Source of the DNA: Promethearchaeota archaeon
GTDB lineage: Archaea; Asgardarchaeota; Lokiarchaeia; Sigyniarchaeales; SOKP01
Direction of reading: 5' to 3'
DNA length: 64,000 bases
Assembly (NCBI GenBank): GCA_016839705.1
Contig: JAEOTR010000024.1
Coordinates: 1-64,000, forward strand
Within the stretch, counting starts at the first letter, position 1. Each line of letters opens with the position of its first letter. The notes under the pieces were generated by a model, which was not told the DNA's origin, searched no databases, and saw only the letters and a list, made by a program, of their open reading frames with translations. Shown one piece after another: positions 1-10,805 of the stretch. The translations under genes and the position numbers were made by a program.

Positions 1-1082
1 ATACTTGTAGCATCATTATCAACAATTGCTTGGAATTGACGTTTTGTAATGACTTCGAATAATTTCATTGCTCTTGGATCGCTTCTATCTAACTGAGCAT
101 ATCCAATCGCAGGGATATAAGCATAACACATCAATGCTTTAAGATAATTTTCCCATGCAAAATCAAAATCAAATCCAGTAATTCCTTTTTTTTCTAATTG
201 TTTAATATAATGTTTGACCATGTCTTTTTCAATTTTCCTCCGTAAGTCGATCTCAACACTTTCACTTAATAAATATCCAATATCCAATATCCCACCATTT
301 ACAACAGCTGATCCCCAATCGATCATGAGAATTGGATTTTCCCTATTATCATAATCGAAGAAAAGGTTATCTACTCGAAAATCGAAATGAATTATTGTCA
401 TATTATCATCAGGTATATCCATAACTAACCAAGGAAATTGCTCATGGATTTTTTGTCCAGCTTCCTGACCTCGTTCAGGGAGAATTTTTTGAAATTCTTC
501 TGATTTAATTGATAGATCCCAACTAGAACGATAAGTTTCGACTAGTGATTTTGATACGTCATCCTTAGGCTTAGGCATCCAATCAAAAGAATAAAGATCA
601 GGGGAATCCCACCACCTTGAATGAAATTCTGTTATAGCATTAATAACATCTATTGTTTGCTCTTTATTCAATCCCTCTATCTGATCTATTTGCTTATAAC
701 AAGAACAATCTTGTAATATAAGGATATACCTTTTAGCTTCTTTATCATAATCATAATGAATAACTTCAGGAACTCGTAAAGGACTTTTAGGCGCTACTTC
801 TGTATAAAATCTTATTTCTCTTTCATAGAGGTTATATTGTTCAGCAAGAGCTAACGCCGTTCGAAAAGTTGTGGGCATTTTGACAATCATAGTTTCAGGA
901 AGTTCGGTAGGTGTTTTATCATAAGTGACAGTTAAACGAGCCATATCACTTACAAATCCCTCTCCTGCACCCCATGGTTCTCGAGAAATAGTTTCAATGT
1001 TTATATCTTTAAGATATCCCGATGTATGAAGTACTTCATTTAACCATTCTGAAGTTATTCGTTTTGTTCTTTTAGGTATCAT
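1..1082 (-). CDS. APH/choline-kinase-like (EcKL/DUF1679) phosphotransferase, 3' end truncated by window edge
   Basis: Not in ORF track. Manual translation from ATG at 1082 gives MIPKRTKRITSEWLNEVL...GAGEGFVSDMARL...MIVKMP...LYEREIRFY...HFDFRVDNLFF...IDWG, i.e. the Brenner-type HxDxxxxN and DW motifs. Confidence 0.8.
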   Translation of the reverse strand, partial: MIPKRTKRITSEWLNEVLHTSGYLKDINIETISREPWGAGEGFVSDMARLTVTYDKTPTELPETMIVKMPTTFRTALALAEQYNLYEREIRFYTEVAPKSPLRVPEVIHYDYDKEAKRYILILQDCSCYKQIDQIEGLNKEQTIDVINAITEFHSRWWDSPDLYSFDWMPKPKDDVSKSLVETYRSSWDLSIKSEEFQKILPERGQEAGQKIHEQFPWLVMDIPDDNMTIIHFDFRVDNLFFDYDNRENPILMIDWGSAVVNGGILDIGYLLSESVEIDLRRKIEKDMVKHYIKQLEKKGITGFDFDFAWENYLKALMCYAYIPAIGYAQLDRSDPRAMKLFEVITKRQFQAIVDNDATS

Positions 1083-1140
1083 AATACTAAATTTCTACTT
1101 AAATGCTTAAAATCTTTTCTATTAATTTAGTTAAATATCG

Positions 1141-1989
1141 TCAGAGTAATCCATATTTTTCTTGCATACCACGAATAAAAGCAGCACCTTCTTTAATTAA
1201 AACATCTCCGCTTGGAGCAAGTTGACGCCACACCCAAGTATTCATGTTATCAGTCATATCAACAAAACTTTCCAAGGCAGCATATCCTTGATAGTTTATT
1301 TCAGAAAGAGCTTTAAAGATTCCATCCCAATCAACCAACCCTGACCCAGGAATTCCTCGATCGTTTTCACATAAATGATAATGAATGAGTTTATCGCCAG
1401 CAAGTTTAGTGGCTTCATAAAAACTCTTTTCTTCGATATTCATATGATATGTATCAAGATGGATCCTCATGTTATCCTCACCAATCATATCTATTAGCTT
1501 TAAAGCTTGTTCGCAGGTGTTAATAAGGTATGTTTCATATCGATTCACAGGCTCAAGCCCTATTGTAATACCTAAGGGTTTTGCATATTGTGCTACTTCC
1601 CTTAAACACTCTGCCGAATATTCCCATGTTCGTTCTGTTGGTTGTTCTCTTGTATCCTTAGCATGTTGAGAATAAGTTACTCCACAAAAACTTGTTCCCC
1701 CAATATCATATGTAGCTTTAACACAAGCTTTCAAATAATCTACACCCTTATTTCGAATTTCAGGATTATTACTAGTTATATCTGTGACGTTAGTTAATAC
1801 GGTTGAAGTAACTACATTTAATCCAACTTGTTTTAACCGGTTCGATACAGCAACCACATCAAAATCTTCTAAGACCATAAGAGGCAATTCTATAAAATCT
1901 AATCCTAAATTCTTTACTCTATCAATCAGATCGAGAGTTTCATTACTCCACTGGGAGCAATATGCATAAGCATGGATTCCTAACTTCAT
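1141..1989 (-). CDS. Sugar phosphate isomerase/epimerase, D-psicose/D-tagatose 3-epimerase family (TIM barrel)
   Basis: LEPVNRYE, HLDTYHMNIEE, HLCENDRGIPGSG and ESF metal-binding motifs. Confidence 0.85.
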   Translation of the reverse strand: MKLGIHAYAYCSQWSNETLDLIDRVKNLGLDFIELPLMVLEDFDVVAVSNRLKQVGLNVVTSTVLTNVTDITSNNPEIRNKGVDYLKACVKATYDIGGTSFCGVTYSQHAKDTREQPTERTWEYSAECLREVAQYAKPLGITIGLEPVNRYETYLINTCEQALKLIDMIGEDNMRIHLDTYHMNIEEKSFYEATKLAGDKLIHYHLCENDRGIPGSGLVDWDGIFKALSEINYQGYAALESFVDMTDNMNTWVWRQLAPSGDVLIKEGAAFIRGMQEKYGLL

Positions 1990-2067
1990 TTTTCCTAACC
2001 TTAGATTTTCATTAATTTTAATTTTATTAAATAAAAATAAGATGTTATTAAGAAACTTCAGGTATTA

Positions 2068-3237
2068 TCATTTATTATATCTTTTCTTGAGAAGATTCAT
2101 CACATCTTCGGTTGACGGCACAATTGCATGATTTTCATAATCAGGGAGTTTAAACGTGTCTTCAGCAATGTCTTTTAATGTACTTTCTGACACATTTTTG
2201 TCTTTAAAACTCATCCACATTCCAATCTCTTTTAGAAATTTATCTATTTCATCGCATCCTTTTTCTGCAGCAACCTTATCAGAAACATCTTTCAGATCTG
2301 GATTGAATAATCTAGCGACTGTTGCATATTCCTTAATTGATTTATTCCATGTCCATCGGTTGATCGCAGGATACATAATCGCTAGGGCTTCCCCATGAGC
2401 GATATGGGGAACACTTCCGCCAATAGCCATTCCCATCCCATGCGGTAATGTAACACCCGAATTAAGAATAGAAAGACCCCCAAGTGTATTTGCCCAATGG
2501 AGAGCTTCTCTGGTTTCTCTATTTTGTCCATCTTTTATCGCAATTGGCAAGTTCTTAATTATAAGCCTCATTCCCTCTAGTGCATGCATATCTACATAAT
2601 CAGAAGAATTTGCGTTATGAGTATATGCTTCAAATGAATGACAGAATGCATCCCATCCTGTAGATGCTGTGATATGGGGAGGTAGCGTTAAAGTTAGTTC
2701 TGGATCAATTATCCCTACCGTCGGGCATAATAATGTGTCATAAAGGGCATATTTCAAATGTATATCTGTTTTGGTTACTACAGCAGCAGCAGTAACTTCT
2801 GCACCAGTTCCAGCAGTGGTGGATACAGCTATAATAGGAAGGAGTTTATCTTCAATTGGCTTTCCATTTATCACGCGGTAATCCCAAGCTTCGCCCTCAT
2901 GTGTCAAACCTACCGAAATACATTTGGCAGTATCTATGCTTGAACCTCCTCCAACTCCTAAAACTACATCTACTTTGTTTTTCATACCCATCTTTACTCC
3001 AGCATTAACGTTATCCGTTGTTGGATTAGGTTGTACACCATCAAAATGAAATATCTCGACATCTGCATCAGAACATAACTTCTTAATTTTTTCAAATACT
3101 GGATCCAGAGCTGGAAAAGGTTTTACTGTTACCATTAGGCACCGTTTACCAAATTGAGCAACAACGTCACCAACTTCAGAAATCCTACCCCAGCCAAATA
3201 AAATACGACTTGGACTATAGTAATTTATATTTCTCAA
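2068..3237 (-). CDS. Iron-containing alcohol dehydrogenase
   Basis: GGGSSIDTAK, TTAGTGAE, DAFCHSFE, HGMG and HGEA motifs; TTG start. Confidence 0.9.
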   Translation of the reverse strand: MRNINYYSPSRILFGWGRISEVGDVVAQFGKRCLMVTVKPFPALDPVFEKIKKLCSDADVEIFHFDGVQPNPTTDNVNAGVKMGMKNKVDVVLGVGGGSSIDTAKCISVGLTHEGEAWDYRVINGKPIEDKLLPIIAVSTTAGTGAEVTAAAVVTKTDIHLKYALYDTLLCPTVGIIDPELTLTLPPHITASTGWDAFCHSFEAYTHNANSSDYVDMHALEGMRLIIKNLPIAIKDGQNRETREALHWANTLGGLSILNSGVTLPHGMGMAIGGSVPHIAHGEALAIMYPAINRWTWNKSIKEYATVARLFNPDLKDVSDKVAAEKGCDEIDKFLKEIGMWMSFKDKNVSESTLKDIAEDTFKLPDYENHAIVPSTEDVMNLLKKRYNK

Positions 3238-3247
3238 CTTTTTTCAC

Positions 3248-4276
3248 CTATTCTTGATTTACATCAATAAAAACTTTCATTACTTTATCTTTTTTATCTT
3301 CAATAAACTTATAAGCTTTATTATAATCCTCAAACGGAAAGTGACTCGTCATTAAAGGGTTAACTATGATTTTTTTCGAATTTACAAGCTCAATTGCCTT
3401 GATATAGTCACCTCTTTGATACATCATATTACCAATCAGTCTCAGTTCGCGATCTTGAACAAATCCTAAATCAATAGTTGGTTTATCACCAAAAACTCCG
3501 ACAACAATTATATCAGTACCTTTTCTTGCGTTTTCAATAGCATCATTAATGGTTTCATTTGCCCCAACACATTCTATTATTAAATCCGCTTTATCAGGTC
3601 CAAAAGCTCTAATAATCTCTTCTGAGAGTTTAACCTTTGTAGGATTAATAGTAAAATCTATTCCTACTTTCTTCGCGACTTCCAACCTAAAATCGCTTAT
3701 ATCGGTAATTATTACAGCTTTAGCTCCAAGTGCCTTTGCAGATTGTGCTACGAGATTTCCAATAGGTCCCGCCCCTAGTACTAAGACATTAAATCCTGTA
3801 ACATCTCCACCATTTAATACAGCATGAACTGCTACTGCACATGGTTCAATCATAGCTCCAGCTTCGTATGACATCTCATCGGGAAGCTTTATTACCTTTT
3901 CAGAATCTACAGCAAAAAATTCGGAGGCAGTTCCAGTGGTTTGAAATCCCATGACTTTAAGATTATCGCATATATGATATTTATCATGAGTACATGGATA
4001 GCAATGTCCACAAACTACTTGGGGTTGAATCGTCACTTTATCACCTGGTTTAAGTCCTTGTACTTTTGAACCGATCTTTTCGATTTTACCAGAAACTTCA
4101 TGTCCTTGAGTAACGGGGTAATCGGTATAAGGATGTTTTCCATAATAAACATGTATATCGCTACCACATATACCAATTCTCAGTATTTTGATAAGAACTT
4201 CATCTTCCTTTAATTCTGGAAGGGGAATATCAAGGAATTCAATCTCACCAGGAGCAGTCATAACTTGTTGTTTCAT
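3248..4276 (-). CDS. Zinc-dependent (MDR) polyol/sugar-alcohol dehydrogenase
   Basis: GICGSD, GHE, structural Zn CxxCxxC...C, GAGPIG Rossmann motif. Confidence 0.9.
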   Translation of the reverse strand: MKQQVMTAPGEIEFLDIPLPELKEDEVLIKILRIGICGSDIHVYYGKHPYTDYPVTQGHEVSGKIEKIGSKVQGLKPGDKVTIQPQVVCGHCYPCTHDKYHICDNLKVMGFQTTGTASEFFAVDSEKVIKLPDEMSYEAGAMIEPCAVAVHAVLNGGDVTGFNVLVLGAGPIGNLVAQSAKALGAKAVIITDISDFRLEVAKKVGIDFTINPTKVKLSEEIIRAFGPDKADLIIECVGANETINDAIENARKGTDIIVVGVFGDKPTIDLGFVQDRELRLIGNMMYQRGDYIKAIELVNSKKIIVNPLMTSHFPFEDYNKAYKFIEDKKDKVMKVFIDVNQE

Positions 4277-4406
4277 ATCTCTCGAAGTCCTTTAATTTAT
4301 AAATAATATTATTTAAGAATCTATTACCTAAAAAATTAAATTTTAGAAACAATTTTAATTAATTGATCTTCTAACGTATTTTACAACATTAATAGGCAAA
4401 AACAAT

Positions 4407-5528
4407 ATGAGTTCTAAGAAAAGAGATTACTATGAAGTACTGGGAGTGAGCAAGGATGCGTCGTTAAACGATATTAAGTTAGCGTATCGACGATTAGCCA
4501 GAAAACATCATCCCGATTTGAATAAGACAGATCCAAAAGCAAAAGAAAAGTTTATCGAACTCCAGGAAGCTTATGAAGTACTCAGCGATGAACAGAAAAG
4601 ACAAAACTATGACCGTTTTGGACACAGTGGTGTACAAGTTGATATGAGTGATTTCTTCTCAGGAGGGATACCAGGTATTGATGAGCTCTTAAAGTCGATT
4701 TTTGGTGATTTCAGCCCATTTGGTGGTTTTAATGATTTTGGTTTTGGATCAAGGGCTAGAAGAAGAACTGCTCCCCGTAGAGAAGTCGGGCAGGATATTG
4801 AGGATCGAGTTGAAATTAGCTTTGAAGAAGCCATGTTTGGGCTAAAAAGAGATGTAGTGATAGAGCGATTTACTCCATGTGATCAATGTGAAGGAACAGG
4901 AGCAGAAGATCCCTCAAGTGTGAAAAACTGCCCAGAATGCCAAGGAAGTGGTCGAGTTAGGAAAATGACTCAATCTGGGTTTGGCACCATTATTCGTGAA
5001 TCTACTTGTTATACTTGTAATGGTGAAGGTCAAGTAATAGATAAAAAATGCAAAGTTTGTGATGGAAAAAAAGTAGTTCCAGAGGAAAAGACAATTCATG
5101 TAAGTATTCCCCCAGGAGTTGAAGATGGGGTTCATTTAAAGGTTCAAGGAGGGGGGCATGTTCCTTCTGTAAATGCTATACCGGGTGATCTTTACTTAAG
5201 GATTAGAGTAGCGGATAATGAACAATTCATACGAAGGGGAAATGATCTATATACTCCTATTGATATTGACATAGTAACAGCTACTTTAGGTGGAAAAATT
5301 ATAGTTCCCACATTAAATTATAAAGAAAATAAAATAACTGAGAAAGATTTACCTGTTCCCGCAGGAACTCAACCTGGAACAGAATTTCGTATAAAAAATC
5401 GAGGAGTTTCATATCTAAGGGGAAAGGGTAGAGGAGATCAATATATAATTGTGAATATTGAAATCCCTAAAAAAATTTCAGAGAAACAAAAAGAATTATT
5501 ATTGAAATTTCGAGAGTTAAATAAATAA
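4407..5528 (+). CDS. dnaJ: Chaperone DnaJ (class A)
   Basis: J-domain with HPD, G/F-rich region, four CxxCxGxG-type repeats, C-terminal domain. Confidence 0.95.
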   Translation: MSSKKRDYYEVLGVSKDASLNDIKLAYRRLARKHHPDLNKTDPKAKEKFIELQEAYEVLSDEQKRQNYDRFGHSGVQVDMSDFFSGGIPGIDELLKSIFGDFSPFGGFNDFGFGSRARRRTAPRREVGQDIEDRVEISFEEAMFGLKRDVVIERFTPCDQCEGTGAEDPSSVKNCPECQGSGRVRKMTQSGFGTIIRESTCYTCNGEGQVIDKKCKVCDGKKVVPEEKTIHVSIPPGVEDGVHLKVQGGGHVPSVNAIPGDLYLRIRVADNEQFIRRGNDLYTPIDIDIVTATLGGKIIVPTLNYKENKITEKDLPVPAGTQPGTEFRIKNRGVSYLRGKGRGDQYIIVNIEIPKKISEKQKELLLKFRELNK

Positions 5529-5533
5529 AAGAA

Positions 5534-6481
5534 TTATAAGTGGGAATCGAGCCAGTTAATTACATCTTCAAAAACTTCTTTGCGGTTGATTTCGTTGAAT
5601 ATTTCATGTCTAGCATCTTCATAGAATTTATAAGTTATCTCCTTCATACCATACTTCTTTAATCGATTAATCATTGCCTTTACACCTTTAGTCTTATTTC
5701 CAATAGCGCATAATGATCCTGAAATAAAATGAATTGGCAAATTTTTTGGTATTTTTTGCTCGTTTTCAGAATTGTATATTTTATCAAATCCCCTTACAAA
5801 TTCTAACCAAAGAGTAGCAGGGCTAACAAATCCGCACCAAGGATCGTCAATATATTTTTGAACCTCAGCTTTATCTCTACTAAGCCATTCAAATCCCGTT
5901 GCACCTTCCTCCTGTTTCCAATCTCGATTATTAGATTTAAAATTCATATCATACATTTTTTGACTAGGAGTAGTGGGACCTAATTTCTTAATTTCAGATT
6001 TAAGAATCAATTTTCCGGCTTTAATTACTAAATATCTTACTTTTCCATTTGTACCACTTAATATACAACCTTTAATTTCATTTCCCCATTCTTGAATAAA
6101 ATCTTGTGCTAAAAAGGCACCCCAAGAATGACCTATTAAAAACAATGGGAGATTAGAACACTCTTTTTTTATAATTTCTGATAATTCATGAACGTCATTG
6201 ACGACTCCTCTCCACCCATTTAGTCCTAGAACTCCGGCATTCCCTTTTAAAGTAGCTTCAGTTAAATCGCCAGCAGTTCTTCCATGACCGCGTTGATCAT
6301 GGGCATAACACACATATCCTTCATTGCAAAGTGCTTCTGCTACTCGAGTATATCTTTTCGCATGTTCTGCAACACCATGAATGAATAGTACAGCAGCTTT
6401 AGATTCTGCATCTGGTTCCCACTTATACACAAAAATCTCGATACCATCTTGATCTGTAAAGGTAAATGTAGAACTTTTCAT
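5534..6481 (-). CDS. Alpha/beta hydrolase, lysophospholipase/monoglyceride lipase-like
   Basis: HGVAEH, DQRGHG, GHSWG nucleophile elbow, RHEIFNE. Confidence 0.85.
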   Translation of the reverse strand: MKSSTFTFTDQDGIEIFVYKWEPDAESKAAVLFIHGVAEHAKRYTRVAEALCNEGYVCYAHDQRGHGRTAGDLTEATLKGNAGVLGLNGWRGVVNDVHELSEIIKKECSNLPLFLIGHSWGAFLAQDFIQEWGNEIKGCILSGTNGKVRYLVIKAGKLILKSEIKKLGPTTPSQKMYDMNFKSNNRDWKQEEGATGFEWLSRDKAEVQKYIDDPWCGFVSPATLWLEFVRGFDKIYNSENEQKIPKNLPIHFISGSLCAIGNKTKGVKAMINRLKKYGMKEITYKFYEDARHEIFNEINRKEVFEDVINWLDSHL

Positions 6482-6581
6482 ATTTTCATCTCTATTTGTA
6501 ATTTTTAAAATATAATTAATTAATTATTTTATAATATCATTTAAATTCTCCCAGTAATTAAAATTTGCATTTATTAATTAA

Positions 6582-7115
6582 ATGAATCAAAAGATACTTA
6601 TTACCGGTCCGCCAAGATGCGGTAAAAGCACGCTTATTTCAAAATTAATTGAATACTATACAGTCAAGAAAAACTATACTATTTATGGTTTTTTAACGCC
6701 AGAAGTTAAAAAAAGTGGTAATCGGATTGGTTTTGACATTCAAGATATCTTTACTAACGAAAGAAGGAAATTTGCACGAATAGGAAATTATAATGCATCA
6801 CAAAAGTTAGGAAAATATGGATTATGTTTAGAAGGGTTAGAAGAAATAATTTCAAATTTCGAGACCATCCCACTCCATGAAATAGATTTATTTATTGTTG
6901 ATGAAATTGGGAAAATGGAATTATTTTCTAAGAAATTTCAGGATTTCATTTCTAACATTTTTGCTTCTAATCTCTCAATCATAGCAACAATTGGGCTAAA
7001 AGTTAGACATCCAATAAAAGATCATCTTTTAAATCTCTCAGATGTTAAGTTTTTCAACTTAGACCGGCTTAATTTTCAAATAGTTTATCAGAAGATAATC
7101 TCAATGTTAAAGTGA
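6582..7115 (+). CDS. THEP1-type nucleoside triphosphatase (NTPase_1)
   Basis: ITGPPRCGKST Walker A, GFLTPEV, RIGF, VDEIGKMEL. Confidence 0.9.
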   Translation: MNQKILITGPPRCGKSTLISKLIEYYTVKKNYTIYGFLTPEVKKSGNRIGFDIQDIFTNERRKFARIGNYNASQKLGKYGLCLEGLEEIISNFETIPLHEIDLFIVDEIGKMELFSKKFQDFISNIFASNLSIIATIGLKVRHPIKDHLLNLSDVKFFNLDRLNFQIVYQKIISMLK

Positions 7116-7221
7116 GTAAATAAACTCTTTTATAACGTCAATAATATAGGTTTTTCCTTCACAAAACTTTATATTAGGATTATTTTTATTTTATTAATTA
7201 GGATACAGTCTTATTATATAG

Positions 7222-7350
7222 ATGGGTTTTTTTTTGAAATGGAAATGTGATAAGTGCGGTCATGAATTTGACTTAGATGATTTCCCAGAAGAAGATTTCA
7301 AATGTCCTAGCTGTGGTGATGTTGATTGTACATTTAGCTTGGTAGATTAA
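7222..7350 (+). CDS. Rubredoxin-like micro zinc-ribbon protein (42 aa; alternative TTG start at 7234)
   Basis: Below ORF-track cutoff. MGFFLKWKCDKCGHEFDLDDFPEEDFKCPSCGDVDCTFSLVD*, with CxxCG...CPxCG, followed by a T-tract. Confidence 0.75.
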   Translation: MGFFLKWKCDKCGHEFDLDDFPEEDFKCPSCGDVDCTFSLVD

Positions 7351-7556
7351 TTTTTTTTTAAAGAAATCAATAAAGATATTAAAGTTTAGATCAAATAATA
7401 TGAACTCTTGAGAGCCCTATTCCTTTCATTCTATTTACGGCTCCTCTTGTTTTTAAATTTTGTTATCAAAAACATAAATATAAAAGATCGTTTCCCACTA
7501 ATACCCCTTTTAACCAAACTGTTAAATTTATAAGGGTAAATCTAGGCTATTTTGAT

Positions 7557-9917
7557 ATGAAAATAAGAAAAAATATGAAGGTTGGGGTATCTATCATATT
7601 TTTACTTCTTTTATTTACTTCATGTCTTTCACTCATTAATTTATCAAAAAATAATAACCTTCTTGAAGAAAATTCACTTTCTCTTAGCGCGCCGATTGAA
7701 GATCCTATGGAAGACAATGACAACCATGCTAACGCCTGGGGAGTCACTCCAAATTATTATCCTAATCTTACGATTATAGAAACTGATGAGGATTGGTTTA
7801 AACTGTATTTAAATCCCGGAGATACAATTGATGTTTATATTTACTTCAATAATACGGAGGGAGATTTAGATTTGGAACTTTATGATCCTTTTGATGCTGT
7901 TACCTCTCAAACTGGATCTTATTCAACTGCTGATGAAGAGCATATCACGTTTACGGTAGGATTGTCAGGGATGTCAGGAGATTGGCGAATTCGAGTATAT
8001 CATTATGATGGTAGTACAAATGTAACTTATGATTTAGATATATGGATAAATATTGATGACTGGATGGAAAATAACGATGATTTTTGGTCTGCTTGGGGCG
8101 TTGGCCCAGTTAATTATCCTGGTTTGAAGATTGTAGACTTTGACGAAGATTGGTTTCAAATTTATTTAAATCCTGGTGATATGATTGATGTTGGTATCTA
8201 TTTTAACCATTTTGAAGGAGATTTACAATTAGTACTCTATGATCCATCATATATTCAAAGAAAAGATTCTTTATCTATGGGCGATGACGAATTTATTACG
8301 TATATGGTAGATATGCCAGGAGATTGGCGAATTCGAGTATATCATAAGCATGGAAATTCTACAGTACATTATAATTTAGATATATGGTTAACCACTGGAA
8401 CGGGTGGAGATGATTGGGCAGAAGAAAACGATGATTTCTGGTCTGCTTGGGGGATAGGTCCCGGTTTTCATTCTGGTTTAATGGTTGTTGGCTTTGATGA
8501 TGATTGGTTTCAAACTTATTTAAACCCAGATGATATAATCGAAGTAAAAATCTTGTTCGACGACTTTAAAGGTGACTTACAGTTAGAACTTTATGACCCA
8601 TCATATATTCAAAGAGCAGATTCTTTATCCATGGGTCCTGAGGAATTTATTAGGTTTACTGCAGATATGTCAGGAGAATGGCGAATTCGAGTATATCATC
8701 AACACGGAGATTCTGATGTGCCCTATGAATTAGACATAAGGTTAGATGCTAAGGTAGATGATTTCTATGAACTGAATAATAATCCTTTATCTGCTTACGA
8801 CCTCATTCCATATGAAGGATGGTGGTTAACTGGAATAAATGGTCCGGGGTTTCAATTTGACGAAGATTGGTTTGAAATTTATGCAGAACCTGGTTTTGAG
8901 CATCTTATCATTAAATCCCCTGATTTTGGAAGAGAAATTCAACTCGAAGTTTATGACTCAAACCTCAATAACATAGGGGAAGCTATGATTAAAAACAAAG
9001 ATGGGAGTTCTTCTCAAGACTATAATGGACCCATGAGATATGATCTTCCTTCAAGTGGGACATATTATATTAAAGTTTACGGAAATAATCGAGGAAATTT
9101 CTACGATTTCCAATATTTAACCGTGTGTCTCTTAGAAGAACAAACATGGCTCAGTGATATTTATGGAATGGGTGTTCAAAGTAACTTAGATTTTTACTTT
9201 ATAGATGTAACCCCAGGTTTCAAACATTTAGTAGTTGAACTTTTGTTTAATCATACATACGGAAATATCGATATGACACTCTACGATGCATGGGGTTCCC
9301 AAATTTCTAATAGTAGTTCTTTTAGTGATAATGAATACATTAATACTATTCTTCAAGATCCTGGGATGTATTTCCTTTTAATTCAAGGACATAATATGGG
9401 GAATGAGTATGATCTGTGGTGGGATGATAATAAAACCGATACTAGACCTGATGATTTCTATGAGCCGAATAATAATCCTTTATCTGCTTACGACTTATCA
9501 AACAATGAGTATCAATCATTATGGGAAATCAATGATTTGGCTCTACAATATAATGAAGATTGGTACAAAATCGAAATAGACGAAATACAATTACAATTAA
9601 TAGTGATAGTAATATATGATTCTGCAGAAGGTTTAATGGGATTTGAAATTTATGACAGTAATTTCACTAAAATAACAGGGAATTTTACCTTAGATGATAA
9701 CGATTATATCGACTATGAGGTTCCATCCAATGGAACCTATTATATTAGGGTTTTCGGTGATAATTCAGGAAATGTATATAATCTATGGTGGGCAGCCGAA
9801 GAACCTGAGTCAATTGGGATGATACCGGGTTATGATACTCTTATTTTGATTGTATCTATTGTTGGAGTTACAGTAGTTTTGATAAAAATTAAAAGAAGTA
9901 AATTTAGACATCAATAA
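7557..9917 (+). CDS. Secreted surface protein with ~6 PPC-like beta-sandwich repeats and C-terminal Loki-CTERM-type anchor
   Basis: N-terminal signal/TM; repeats of DDxxExND...DxDWF...GDLxLxLYD...GxWxIRV; tail IPGYD + hydrophobic helix + KIKRSK. Confidence 0.8.
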   Translation: MKIRKNMKVGVSIIFLLLLFTSCLSLINLSKNNNLLEENSLSLSAPIEDPMEDNDNHANAWGVTPNYYPNLTIIETDEDWFKLYLNPGDTIDVYIYFNNTEGDLDLELYDPFDAVTSQTGSYSTADEEHITFTVGLSGMSGDWRIRVYHYDGSTNVTYDLDIWINIDDWMENNDDFWSAWGVGPVNYPGLKIVDFDEDWFQIYLNPGDMIDVGIYFNHFEGDLQLVLYDPSYIQRKDSLSMGDDEFITYMVDMPGDWRIRVYHKHGNSTVHYNLDIWLTTGTGGDDWAEENDDFWSAWGIGPGFHSGLMVVGFDDDWFQTYLNPDDIIEVKILFDDFKGDLQLELYDPSYIQRADSLSMGPEEFIRFTADMSGEWRIRVYHQHGDSDVPYELDIRLDAKVDDFYELNNNPLSAYDLIPYEGWWLTGINGPGFQFDEDWFEIYAEPGFEHLIIKSPDFGREIQLEVYDSNLNNIGEAMIKNKDGSSSQDYNGPMRYDLPSSGTYYIKVYGNNRGNFYDFQYLTVCLLEEQTWLSDIYGMGVQSNLDFYFIDVTPGFKHLVVELLFNHTYGNIDMTLYDAWGSQISNSSSFSDNEYINTILQDPGMYFLLIQGHNMGNEYDLWWDDNKTDTRPDDFYEPNNNPLSAYDLSNNEYQSLWEINDLALQYNEDWYKIEIDEIQLQLIVIVIYDSAEGLMGFEIYDSNFTKITGNFTLDDNDYIDYEVPSNGTYYIRVFGDNSGNVYNLWWAAEEPESIGMIPGYDTLILIVSIVGVTVVLIKIKRSKFRHQ

Positions 9918-9940
9918 TTTTTTTTTTTTTTTCTTATTTT
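9918..9940. terminator. T-rich tract between convergent genes (terminator for the + strand gene)
   Basis: Near-uninterrupted T run immediately after the 9917 stop. Confidence 0.5.
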
Positions 9941-10768
9941 TTAAGTAAATTTAATATGTACAATCTTACCTGTTTTTAATCGTTCTGAAATCTTAATCAT
10001 TCTAAGAGTCTTTTTACTCCAAGCGGGATTAATTTCTAATTTGTTCCATATTGTGTGCCAATCAATTACTTGAATTTTTTCAGACCAGGTGAGAACTTGC
10101 TTATTAGGATCAGAAACACTTAGATTCCAAAAAGGAGTTTCAATACCTGCTTTTTTTGCCCTTTTATTTCCAATTTTCATTGCCATTTTTGAGATGCAAT
10201 CAAAAATCAATTCTCCAGACGGAAATTTACGAGCGATCACATCAAAAAGAGAGGAAATTTCTTCTTCCTTAAAATAATAAATAAAACCCCCCGCAATAAA
10301 GAAAATCCCTTCTTCTTTATGAAATTCAATTTGATCAAACCAACTGATATCAAATGCAGACTTTGCGATGAAAATATTTCTCTCTGATTCAGAAAGGAAC
10401 TTTTTGCGAAACTCAATCGCATCAGGAAGATCTAAATCATACCATTTAATTTTTTCATTATCAACACGATAAAAAGTGGTATCTAAACCAGCACCGATAT
10501 TTACAACTGCGGATTTTGGATGTTTTTCAATATAATTTTTTAATCCATCATCGAAATTTCTGGCTCTAGCGAGGAGTCCAAGTCCTCTCCACTCTTCAAG
10601 ATACTCTTGTTCTACAGAGAAATCATGCTCAATCTTTTGAAGTATTTCAATAGCTTTTTGATCATTTAATAGTTTGGGATATAACTTACTGAATGTGGCT
10701 CTTGCCCATAGAGGTCCTAGCATAGTTTCTTGGACTTTTCCTTTAAAAGGGAGAGAATTTTCTGTCAT
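9941..10768 (-). CDS. Class I SAM-dependent methyltransferase, LCM/TcmP-like
   Basis: VQETMLGPLWARA, VVNIGAGLDTTFYR, WYDLDLP. Confidence 0.85.
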   Translation of the reverse strand: MTENSLPFKGKVQETMLGPLWARATFSKLYPKLLNDQKAIEILQKIEHDFSVEQEYLEEWRGLGLLARARNFDDGLKNYIEKHPKSAVVNIGAGLDTTFYRVDNEKIKWYDLDLPDAIEFRKKFLSESERNIFIAKSAFDISWFDQIEFHKEEGIFFIAGGFIYYFKEEEISSLFDVIARKFPSGELIFDCISKMAMKIGNKRAKKAGIETPFWNLSVSDPNKQVLTWSEKIQVIDWHTIWNKLEINPAWSKKTLRMIKISERLKTGKIVHIKFT

Positions 10769-10805
10769 AAAAAAGCTAATCTGTTATATTTAATAAAATT
10801 AATAA

